Positions 20,214 to 28,491 of a DNA stretch of 64,000 nt are shown here, piece after piece. How positions within the stretch are numbered: the first letter of the stretch is position 1; every line of letters starts with the position of its first letter. Under the pieces are notes generated by a model, which searched no databases, was not told the DNA's origin, and saw nothing but the letters and a program-made list of their open reading frames with translations. Source of the stretch: an uncultured Candidatus Saccharibacteria bacterium (GTDB taxonomy: Bacteria; Patescibacteriota; Minisyncoccia; SW-4-49-11); the NCBI GenBank assembly GCA_964633865.1, contig CAZWIJ010000001.1:66352-130351 (forward strand). Direction: 5' to 3'. Made by a program: the position numbers and the translations under genes.

Positions 20214-21140
20214 TTATTCTTCCAATAGAATATCTTGTACCTTATTCAAAAATTGAACTGCATCATCATATGGTCTTTGAAAAGCATTTCTACCCATTAT
20301 AGAACCAAAAGCTCCACCATTTTTTAATGATCTAATTTCATCTAGAACAGACTGATCATCTTTTGTATCACCACCCGAGTGAATAACTACTCTATGACCA
20401 TCATAAACCGCTTTCATAACTAATCTAACTCTATCTTCTAGAGTTTCTGTTGGAGAATTTTTATAGATATCTAATTTTTGATTAGATTCTAATCCATAAC
20501 CATCAATAGCTGGTAACTTAACTTTAATTATATGAGCCCCTAAGTTAGCTCCTATAGCAGCTCCGTAACTAATAATATCTGTAGCGGTTTCTTTTCCCTT
20601 TATAATACCAACTCCTCTTGGATAAACCCATAAAATAACTGCTAATCCTGCTTTTCTTGCATCAGAAATTAATTCTCTTGCTTGTTCTTCCATATCATTA
20701 CTATATAGAGAGCCTGGATATAAAGTAAATCCTACTGCTTCACATCCTAATCTTATAGCATCATCAACCCAAGAATGTATAGATAATTTAGGGTTTTCGT
20801 CATCAGGAATCATTAGGTGATGAGAATTTACTTTTAGCACTGTTGGTAAATTATGTCTCAAAATAACTTCTTGAGCTCTTTCTAATGATCCTAAAGGTGC
20901 AGCATATGCATTTACCCCCGCATCGACAGCTAACTTAGCTTGATTAATTGGATCATACATAATAGGATTAATCTCAAAAGATCTTCCTGGACCATGTTCC
21001 ATATTCTGATCCACAGGTAGAATTAATAATTTTCCTGAACCTGATAATCTACCATAATTGAATATTCTTGATAAATTTTTTAATTGTCCAAATGTAGATG
21101 TGTTAGAGTACCAAGATAAAATTTTTTCTACTTTATTCAT
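20214..21140 (-). CDS. fbaB: Class I fructose-bisphosphate aldolase (DhnA/FbaB type)
   Basis: ILPVDQNMEHGP, AVGFTLYPGS, WVYPRG, AHIIKVK, IMGRNAFQRP. Confidence 0.92.
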   Translation of the reverse strand: MNKVEKILSWYSNTSTFGQLKNLSRIFNYGRLSGSGKLLILPVDQNMEHGPGRSFEINPIMYDPINQAKLAVDAGVNAYAAPLGSLERAQEVILRHNLPTVLKVNSHHLMIPDDENPKLSIHSWVDDAIRLGCEAVGFTLYPGSLYSNDMEEQARELISDARKAGLAVILWVYPRGVGIIKGKETATDIISYGAAIGANLGAHIIKVKLPAIDGYGLESNQKLDIYKNSPTETLEDRVRLVMKAVYDGHRVVIHSGGDTKDDQSVLDEIRSLKNGGAFGSIMGRNAFQRPYDDAVQFLNKVQDILLEE

Positions 21141-21206
21141 ATTATAAATATTATTTTAATAAATTTGTTTTTACACTTATTAATTATATCACATTATAAA
21201 AAATTT

Positions 21207-21929
21207 TTACAAGTCTTCTCCATATTTTAAATTATCATCATAAAAAGAATATTCTCTATTAATAACTTTAAAATTTTCATCTAATTTATATATAATGATT
21301 TTACCTATTGGGAATTCTACTCCTTCTATTTCTGTATCAGATAGATTATCTAAATATTTCAGAATAACTCTAAGAGTATTACCGTGAGAAACAATTATAG
21401 CATTTTTATGAGTTTTTAGTTTTTCATAAATCTTTTCTTTCAAAAAAGGTATCACTCTATTATAAGTATCTTCTAAACTCTCTCCCCTAGTCAATAAGTC
21501 TTTACTTATATGAGAATATTTAGGATCATTAATAGGATTTCTAGGATCATCATCATCTAATTGAGGAGGTCTTGTATAGTATCCTCTTCTAAAAGCATGT
21601 ATCTCTTTCAAGTCTAATTCCTCCAAAATTCCAACTTTTGATTTTCCTTGTAACTTACCATAGTTCCTCTCATTTAATTTCCAACTTTTTATTATTTTAG
21701 TTTGATCATTATTTAATTCTTCCAAGATAAGTTCCAATGTCATACCAGCCCTTTTCAAAACAGAGGTAAAAGCAATATCAAAACAAAGGTCTTGACTTTT
21801 AAGTTTTCTACCTATCATTTTGGCATCAAAGATTCCATTATCTGTCAAATTAACATCTGACCAACCTGTAAACAATTTCTTTTTATTCCACTCACTTTCA
21901 CCATGCCTAACTAAAACTAATGTATACAT
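21207..21929 (-). CDS. gpmA: 2,3-BPG-dependent phosphoglycerate mutase
   Basis: LVRHGESEWN, FTGW, LNERNYG, SHGNTLR. Confidence 0.95.
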   Translation of the reverse strand: MYTLVLVRHGESEWNKKKLFTGWSDVNLTDNGIFDAKMIGRKLKSQDLCFDIAFTSVLKRAGMTLELILEELNNDQTKIIKSWKLNERNYGKLQGKSKVGILEELDLKEIHAFRRGYYTRPPQLDDDDPRNPINDPKYSHISKDLLTRGESLEDTYNRVIPFLKEKIYEKLKTHKNAIIVSHGNTLRVILKYLDNLSDTEIEGVEFPIGKIIIYKLDENFKVINREYSFYDDNLKYGEDL

Positions 21930-21946
21930 TTCTTTGTTTATTTAAC

Positions 21947-22720
21947 TTAAAATTTTAACTCTAACAATACAGGGCAATGATCTGACCCCATAACTTCTGA
22001 TAATATTTTAGCATCTTTTACGTTATTTTGCAAAGATTGGTTAACAAAAAAGTAATCTATCCTCCAACCAATATTTCTATCTCTAGCTCTTGTTTTTGTG
22101 TCCCACCAAGTGTACCAATTCGGCTCAGAGTTAAATTTTCTAAAAGTATCCACAAAATGATACTCACTAGTCAACTTATCAATCCATTCTCTTTCTATTG
22201 AAAGAAAACCTGAAGTATTTTTATTTTCTTTTGGCCTTGCTAAATCTATCTCTGTATGAGCAGTATTAATATCACCAGTAATAATAATAGATTTATTTTT
22301 ATGATCTATTTTATCTAAATAGATTAATAACTCCTGATAAAAATCCATTTTAAAATCTAACCTTTCTTTCCGAGAAGCTCCATTGGGAAAATAAATATTG
22401 AATAAAATAAATTTCTTGAATTCCATAATTAAAATTCTACCTTCTTGGTCAAATATAGGGTTAAGTCCAAAGCCAGTTAATACAGATATTGGTTCTTCTT
22501 TAGTATAAACAGCAACCCCACTATAACCTTTTCTTATTCCCGAAGAAAAATAGGATTTATAATTATCAATATTTATTATCTCATCTGTAAGTTGATCTAT
22601 ATGTGCCTTAGTTTCTTGAAAGCACAATATATCTGGATTATAAGTATTAATGAATCCACTCAAAATATTTTTTTTACTAAAAGCTCTTATTCCATTTATA
22701 TTCCAAGAAATTAATTTCAT
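21947..22720 (-). CDS. xth: Exodeoxyribonuclease III
   Basis: SWNINGIRA, QETK, GYSGV, GDINTAH, GWRIDY, SDHCP. Confidence 0.96.
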   Translation of the reverse strand: MKLISWNINGIRAFSKKNILSGFINTYNPDILCFQETKAHIDQLTDEIINIDNYKSYFSSGIRKGYSGVAVYTKEEPISVLTGFGLNPIFDQEGRILIMEFKKFILFNIYFPNGASRKERLDFKMDFYQELLIYLDKIDHKNKSIIITGDINTAHTEIDLARPKENKNTSGFLSIEREWIDKLTSEYHFVDTFRKFNSEPNWYTWWDTKTRARDRNIGWRIDYFFVNQSLQNNVKDAKILSEVMGSDHCPVLLELKF

Positions 22721-22736
22721 ATATTTATTTGTTAAA

Positions 22737-22767
22737 ATAAAAGATAGACTATTAATCTATCTTTTAT
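22737..22767 (-). terminator. Terminator-like hairpin after the small ORF 22779..22961
   Basis: AAAAGATAGA ... TCTATCTTTT inverted repeat. Confidence 0.55.
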
Positions 22768-22778
22768 AATTATTTAAA

Positions 22779-22961
22779 TTATTGTAAATTTGGTAAGATA
22801 TACAACTGAGCTACAATATTTACAGCTAAATAAATTAGTTGAAATGCAACAATAGTAATAACTACTAATTGAACAGCATATTGGAAAACTACTTTAGCTA
22901 TTATATGTGTTCTTTCTATGAACTCTTTCTGGTGAGGAAATTTCTTCAAAGTCTTCTTCAT
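22779..22961 (-). CDS. Small single-TM hypothetical protein
   Basis: 60-aa ORF with a basic N-terminus and hydrophobic helix, followed by a hairpin. Confidence 0.55.
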   Translation of the reverse strand: MKKTLKKFPHQKEFIERTHIIAKVVFQYAVQLVVITIVAFQLIYLAVNIVAQLYILPNLQ

Positions 22962-23073
22962 AAATCTATATATTAATTATTATTCAGTTCTATATTTATA
23001 ATGAACTTAATATAATTATATCATAAAAATTTTTTTAGTATAGAAAGTAAAATTACTTTTATTTGATTTATGC

Positions 23074-23102
23074 TTGCAAAATTATTAATAAAGATTTATA
23101 CT
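23074..23102 (+). promoter_or_regulatory. Promoter of tRNA-Trp
   Basis: TTGCAA(23074-23079)-N17-TATACT(23097-23102). Confidence 0.6.
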
Positions 23103-23114
23103 ATAATAAGTATT

Positions 23115-23185
23115 AGGTGTATAGTTAAATGGTATAACTACGGTCTCCAAAACCGTTATTGTGGGTTCAATTCCTGCTACACCTG
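23115..23185 (+). tRNA. tRNA-Trp (CCA), 3' CCA end not encoded
   Basis: AGGTGTA/TACACCT acceptor stem, ACGGT-CTCCAAA-ACCGT anticodon arm, GTGGG-TTCAATT-CCTGC T arm. Confidence 0.95.
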
Positions 23186-23194
23186 CATTTAAAT

Positions 23195-23965
23195 CTATAT
23201 ATCAGAAATTTCTTGAGTTAGCTTTGGTATCTCTTCTGGAATAACAGAAGCTCCTCCAATCAAAAATCCATCTAATTCTTGTATATATTTAAAATTCTTA
23301 ATGTTACTTGAGTTAACACTACCTCCATATAATATTTCTATCTTCTGAGCTAAGCTAATCCCTAAAATTTCTACCAAAACTCTTTTTATATAAATTGTTA
23401 CTGTTTCTATAATATTTGCATTAGGAGTAACTCCAGTGCCTATAGCCCAAATTGGCTCATAAGCTATTATTATTCTTTGATTATTTATGAGTGATTTATT
23501 TTTCTCAAAAATAAATATTAATTCTTGCTTAAGTAAATCATAGTCTATTTCTTGAATAGTTTTATCTTCCTGATATCCTAAGCAAATAATAGGATTTAGA
23601 TTATATTGAAGTGACAATCCAAATTTCAAGGAAATATCCTCTAAAGTATATTTTTGATAAATTCTAGTCTCAGAATGTCCGATTAAGGTATATATATAAT
23701 TCATACTCTCTACCATAGAAGCTGATATTTGACCTGTATATGCTCCTTTTTCTTGTGATGAGATATCTTGTACTCCTAAATCAAAATATATTGATTTTTC
23801 TTGTTTAAAATTATCTATTAATCCTAAATATATATCTGGAGCTAAAATTATAATTTCATTTGTACTAACTTGATTTAGGGCTATCTGAACATTTGTTAAT
23901 AGTTCTAATACTTTTTCTTTATTTTCTGGATTCATTTTCCAGTTAAAAGCTAAAATTTTATTCAT
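23195..23965 (-). CDS. tpiA: Triosephosphate isomerase
   Basis: NWKMN, GAYTG, GHSETR, AYEPIWAIGTG, LYGGSV, LIGGAS. Confidence 0.97.
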   Translation of the reverse strand: MNKILAFNWKMNPENKEKVLELLTNVQIALNQVSTNEIIILAPDIYLGLIDNFKQEKSIYFDLGVQDISSQEKGAYTGQISASMVESMNYIYTLIGHSETRIYQKYTLEDISLKFGLSLQYNLNPIICLGYQEDKTIQEIDYDLLKQELIFIFEKNKSLINNQRIIIAYEPIWAIGTGVTPNANIIETVTIYIKRVLVEILGISLAQKIEILYGGSVNSSNIKNFKYIQELDGFLIGGASVIPEEIPKLTQEISDI

Positions 23966-23969
23966 AGAG

Positions 23970-24449
23970 TTATTGATTATATAAATCTTTTACATTTTGC
24001 CAAGAAGGATTATATTTATTCAACAGTTGAATTGATATATTGTCTGGAATACCATACTTCCTAAAATCATCTATACCAGGAGATCCCCCTATTTTAAAGA
24101 TTTCTTTACAATTTAATTCTTTACATTCTAATAATATAGTACCTCCAGCATTTTCTTCTGTCCAAGTTGCGATATAATAATCATTTACATATTTTATATT
24201 GGATGATATATATTCATTTTTTTTATTATCATTATTAAGAATACTTTTTATTTTACCTTCTATAGATATTGTGCTTTTTTCTTTATTTAATTTTTCTTCA
24301 GATTCATTATATGTTTTTTTAGTTTCATCATTATTTAAACTAGATTCTTCTGTTATTACTGTGTTATCTGTTTTAAAGACAAAATAACCAATTAAAAATA
24401 TTATTGTAATAAAGGTAACTAATATTAATAAAATATATACTTTTTTCAT
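23970..24449 (-). CDS. Membrane-anchored hypothetical protein immediately downstream of the pilin-hydrolase
   Basis: N-terminal TM, small extracytoplasmic domain with a Cys pair; 3-bp gap from the upstream gene. Confidence 0.7.
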   Translation of the reverse strand: MKKVYILLILVTFITIIFLIGYFVFKTDNTVITEESSLNNDETKKTYNESEEKLNKEKSTISIEGKIKSILNNDNKKNEYISSNIKYVNDYYIATWTEENAGGTILLECKELNCKEIFKIGGSPGIDDFRKYGIPDNISIQLLNKYNPSWQNVKDLYNQ

Positions 24450-24452
24450 AAA

Positions 24453-25937
24453 TTAATTATTTACTCTATAATAAGTAATCGGTGTTGCTCCATAAGACCC
24501 ATCAAAATTAGCGCCAGATCTCCAAGAAAACTTAGCCTTACTAGAACTATTAGAAAGAATTTCTGAGCATCCAGTATTTAAACAAATACCTACATGATCT
24601 CCAACAGCATAAACTATATCCCCAGGCTGTGTAGATGTCTGAGTTAATGCTGTTCCTCTTCCTGCTTTAAGTTCATCTTCTGCACTACTTGTACTCAAAC
24701 CATCTAAAGGAGATAGTCCTGATCTTTCTAAAACTTTGTTAACCATATATTGACAAGCAAGATTTCCATTGCCGCATGCAGATCCACATCCCACAGATGA
24801 AGCTCCTTCTAATGAAAGTGCTGCATTATATATATCAACACCTATTTGTCCAGTTGGAGTAAATATACCAGATGCTACAGTAGAACTACTAGCCCCCGAA
24901 CCAATAGGAGCATTAGGAACAGGAGTAATTGTACATTGAGTAGTAAGAAGACCTGGATTTAATGTACTTAGGATTACATATACACTTAATCCTAAGACTA
25001 ATCCTATTGTTGAATTTGTGAATATTCCTTTTGCTTGATTTACTCCACTAGCATTTACTCCTGATGATGTATATAGGAATCCTCCATACATATACATTCC
25101 TATTACTGATATAAATAATATTGCATATCCTATAAACCATAATGCCTTTGTTAATTCACATAGACTACTTATTTGGCCTATCCCTGGAAATGATGTAAAT
25201 GATTTATATGTTACAGGAGTGGCTTGAGATGCACCTCCACCTTCCCCTAGATTTCCTCCGGTTGGAGGATCTGGTATAACTGGATTTGTTCCTGGACCTC
25301 CATCAATTCCTAGATAATCGTCAATTTTTTTAGATCCCCCTATGTATCTCCAGTGCCAAGGCTCAAATCCAGCACCTTCTGTACTACCTTCTGGATAAGA
25401 CAATTCAAATCCATAAGTAGAAGCATTATCTTTTAGCCAAGTGTATTCTGGAGTACTAGCAAAACTAGAAGATACAGAATTAATATCTATAGCAAGACCT
25501 GTACTATGTTCACTATATCCAGGTGGAGCTGATGCTACAGCTCTTGCTAAATAAGCTGTTTTAGTAGTAGATTTATTAGAATCATCATCTTTATAAAGAT
25601 TAGCATCTGAAATAGGAGAAGTTACTGTAGATGCTGGATTAAAAAATGTTCCTACTTGATCATTATAACTTCTATACCCTGATATAATATTTAATGTATA
25701 CCCTGCACTAGTGGCAACAGCTTTCATTTCATTAAATTTTGTTTGTAATTCAGAATCTAGACTACCAACATCTTTATATGCTTTATATCCTTTCTCTTCA
25801 GCAACTTCTTTTAAGAATTCTTTATGTTTATCTGTTAAATCAGAGTAACTTGACGGTCTCGATGCTAGAGTAATATTTGGTAATAATACAAACAGAGATA
25901 TTAGACAAATAATTTTCAACCAGATTTTTATTTTCAT
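24453..25937 (-). CDS. M15B (VanY-like) peptidase + TrbC/VirB2-like pilin + NlpC/P60-like (Cys-His) amidase fusion
   Basis: Signal peptide; SGYRSY..Q, PGYSEHSTGLAID, EPWHWRY; pilin cassette; GNLACQYMVNKVL, PGDIV, DHVGIC, SNSSS. Confidence 0.82.
   Translation of the reverse strand: MKIKIWLKIICLISLFVLLPNITLASRPSSYSDLTDKHKEFLKEVAEEKGYKAYKDVGSLDSELQTKFNEMKAVATSAGYTLNIISGYRSYNDQVGTFFNPASTVTSPISDANLYKDDDSNKSTTKTAYLARAVASAPPGYSEHSTGLAIDINSVSSSFASTPEYTWLKDNASTYGFELSYPEGSTEGAGFEPWHWRYIGGSKKIDDYLGIDGGPGTNPVIPDPPTGGNLGEGGGASQATPVTYKSFTSFPGIGQISSLCELTKALWFIGYAILFISVIGMYMYGGFLYTSSGVNASGVNQAKGIFTNSTIGLVLGLSVYVILSTLNPGLLTTQCTITPVPNAPIGSGASSSTVASGIFTPTGQIGVDIYNAALSLEGASSVGCGSACGNGNLACQYMVNKVLERSGLSPLDGLSTSSAEDELKAGRGTALTQTSTQPGDIVYAVGDHVGICLNTGCSEILSNSSSKAKFSWRSGANFDGSYGATPITYYRVNN
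24882..25223 (-). repeat. Dispersed 342-bp direct repeat, copy 2 (pilin cassette)
   Basis: Matches 10367-10708. Confidence 0.95.
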
Positions 25938-26007
25938 ATTAAATTCATTAAATATATTTATATTATAGAGTAAATATGAATAAAAATCAAATAAAATTAT
26001 TACAAAT

Positions 26008-26040
26008 AAAAAAGACCACTTTTATATTAAAGTAGTCTTA
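26008..26040 (-). terminator. Terminator after the M23/FG-GAP gene
   Basis: AAGAC.ACTTT-loop-AAAGT.GTCTT stem with an A-run on the + strand. Confidence 0.6.
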
Positions 26041-26052
26041 ATAAAGATTAAA

Positions 26053-27576
26053 TTAAATAATAGGAATATTAGCATCAGCCCATCCACTAACAAGATATTG
26101 GGTAGCAAGTCCATTTTCGTTAATGGTAAAGTATGAAACTTCACCATTCCCTACACGGAAAACAATCTCATCTCGGCCGTCCCCAGTAATATCACCCAAT
26201 CCTTGAGCTTTAATATTAGGATCAGCATAACCAACCCATTTATAGGCATCTTGATTACCATTACCATCAAAATGAACTGCATATATTTCTCCATTGCGTG
26301 GATTTCTTAATACAAGTTCATCACGATTATCAGCATCAATATTACCAATACCTACGACATGATAATCACTATAAGCCCATCCCCTTTTAGAAAAGTTTGT
26401 AGCTAATCCATTATCATTCATGTTAAAAGCTCCAATATCTCCCCATTTTCCACCGAAAAGAATTTCGTCTCGACCGTCTCCATTGATATCACCAGTACCA
26501 ATAACTTTATATTCATTAGTACCATATGATCCAAGGAATCTGTAATTAACTGCGATTCCATTAGCATTCATATCAAAGATACCTAATCTGCCATTACCTT
26601 CATCAAATAATAATTCTTCTAATTGATCATTGTCAAAGTTTCCACCAGCAATCAATTTGAAGTTTTTATCTCGCTTACCAACCACTTGGTATTTGTAAGC
26701 CAGACCATTATTATCAATTAGAAATGAAGCTACTGTCCCATCAGATAGATCAAATATTAATTCTTCTCTATCACCAACTCTGATATCAGCTCCCCCAACT
26801 AATTCTATACTACTATCAGCCCATCCAGTGTGATGATACCAGTAAGCAAATCCTTTTTCATTAGTAAGAAATGCTTTTACTTGTCCATCTCCTTGACGGA
26901 AGATGATTTCTTCTCCATTGTGATAAGAAATATTAACCGTTGGACTAAATAAGTTGTCTGGAGTAATGTAAAAAATACCATTTGTGGGAGTGTTGTTATC
27001 TGTACCTGTTATCGTATCTTGGATTACTCCAGGATGTTGAGAATATAAGATTTCTTGGTCATTTAGGACATCATTGTTATCTTCTAAAAAAGATATTTTT
27101 AGGTAATGATCTGGATTAGAGGAAACTGTATTCAACAGAACTTTAGTTCTTTCCAGATGTAAATGAGGTCCACTTGATTTACCTGTGTTTCCCATAATAC
27201 CAAGATCAGTACCAATAGTAACTTTCTTACCAATAGTATGCTTGTTAAAGGGATTATCTCGTAAATGAGAATAACGGTAGAAAGTTCCATCCTCAGATTT
27301 AATAACAATTGAATTTCCCCAACCACTATTATAACCAGAGCCCATAGAAACTATAGTACCTTTAGTAATAGATAAGACTGTAAGATCTCCATAGGCAACC
27401 AGATCATAAGCTAGCCAATTTGAATTCTCATTATGACCTATGATCGTTACATTTTTTCCTTTAACCACCTTTGACCATGTTGCTTTATCACCTTGAGTAA
27501 CTTTTACTTTTGTACCTTTCCGAAAAGGCAAATAATGTTTTGACATTAGCTTTTCCTCGCTATTATAAATGTGCAT
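26053..27576 (-). CDS. M23 peptidase fused to FG-GAP/VCBS-like repeats (probable start MSKHYLPF after GAGGA)
   Basis: GH..AYD, GWGNSIVI, YSHL, GNTGKSSGPHLHLE; five repeats of the GD(I)NGDGRDEILF type. Confidence 0.85.
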   Translation of the reverse strand: MHIYNSEEKLMSKHYLPFRKGTKVKVTQGDKATWSKVVKGKNVTIIGHNENSNWLAYDLVAYGDLTVLSITKGTIVSMGSGYNSGWGNSIVIKSEDGTFYRYSHLRDNPFNKHTIGKKVTIGTDLGIMGNTGKSSGPHLHLERTKVLLNTVSSNPDHYLKISFLEDNNDVLNDQEILYSQHPGVIQDTITGTDNNTPTNGIFYITPDNLFSPTVNISYHNGEEIIFRQGDGQVKAFLTNEKGFAYWYHHTGWADSSIELVGGADIRVGDREELIFDLSDGTVASFLIDNNGLAYKYQVVGKRDKNFKLIAGGNFDNDQLEELLFDEGNGRLGIFDMNANGIAVNYRFLGSYGTNEYKVIGTGDINGDGRDEILFGGKWGDIGAFNMNDNGLATNFSKRGWAYSDYHVVGIGNIDADNRDELVLRNPRNGEIYAVHFDGNGNQDAYKWVGYADPNIKAQGLGDITGDGRDEIVFRVGNGEVSYFTINENGLATQYLVSGWADANIPII

Positions 27577-27694
27577 ATCTAAATTAGTTATTAACTTTAG
27601 ATATTTATATACTATAATATTTTCTAAAATTTGTCAAGAGTATTTTTGTCAATTACAAATATTAGAATGTTAGTAAAGATTGACAATTTTATTC

Positions 27695-28486
27695 CTACTC
27701 AGTCCTATTCCACCATTCTCCTTCTATTTCAAATTTATTCTCTTCATAATATATTTCATCAGCTGGGGCATTAACCTCTTTTAAAAACTTTATAGTCTCA
27801 TCTACACATTCTTCTTCAGCTTTTCTACCTGAATAAATTTCAAATGGAACTTCATTGACTTTGTTTGTTACTCTATACTGAGTATATAACTCTGAATGAT
27901 GAGCTTCATGGATTAATGTTCCTGCTAACTGAGTCACTGTTCTAAAAAATTTCATATCTGCTAATAAAGTTCTTGGTATTTCTTCGGAAAGTTGTGAACT
28001 TTTCTTTTTATCCGTACACTCAATCACTCCTATATAAGTAATAACTTTGGTATAGAATTTAGGAGAATTATCTTTCATAAAGGCTAAAGCTTCATTGACT
28101 TTGTCTTTGCAATACTGATCTCCTATAATTTCTATCTCGAATGGTCCCAATTTGGGTGGATTATACTTCACTGCTTCACATTGCATTACCGTATCTGGCT
28201 TTAAGTCTTCGGTATTACAATTATTGAGATCTCTACATTCTCTAGTTCTTTCTCCTTCTTCACTACAATCTCCATATTTTCCCATACTCCAATCATCACA
28301 AATCCAATTTGGATTACATTTATTTTCTATCTTTTTTTCCTCTACCACTGATTTTTGTATTATTTCTTCTTTTACCAGATTTAAATCTTCTGGATTTTTT
28401 TTATCCAATTCTCTTTTTATTCCTAAATAGCCTAGAAAAGCTATTAGTAGAATCAAGACTAAAATTAGAATTTGTTGTTTGGTCAT
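27695..28486 (-). CDS. Membrane-anchored protein with a Cys-rich TSP1-like module and a HEXXH metallopeptidase-like domain
   Basis: CNPNWICDDWS..C..RTRECRDLNNC..C; LIHEAHH..AEEEC. Confidence 0.65.
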   Translation of the reverse strand: MTKQQILILVLILLIAFLGYLGIKRELDKKNPEDLNLVKEEIIQKSVVEEKKIENKCNPNWICDDWSMGKYGDCSEEGERTRECRDLNNCNTEDLKPDTVMQCEAVKYNPPKLGPFEIEIIGDQYCKDKVNEALAFMKDNSPKFYTKVITYIGVIECTDKKKSSQLSEEIPRTLLADMKFFRTVTQLAGTLIHEAHHSELYTQYRVTNKVNEVPFEIYSGRKAEEECVDETIKFLKEVNAPADEIYYEENKFEIEGEWWNRTE

Positions 28487-28491
28487 ATTAC

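Noticed and set aside
23115-23185. tRNA-Trp as the integration site for the 24-30 kb accessory cluster
   Set aside because: tpiA lies between them and I found no duplicated tRNA 3' end
10367-25223. DGR template/variable repeat pair
   Set aside because: Mismatches are not adenine-specific in either copy, are mostly synonymous, both copies are mid-gene, and there is no reverse transcriptase in the window
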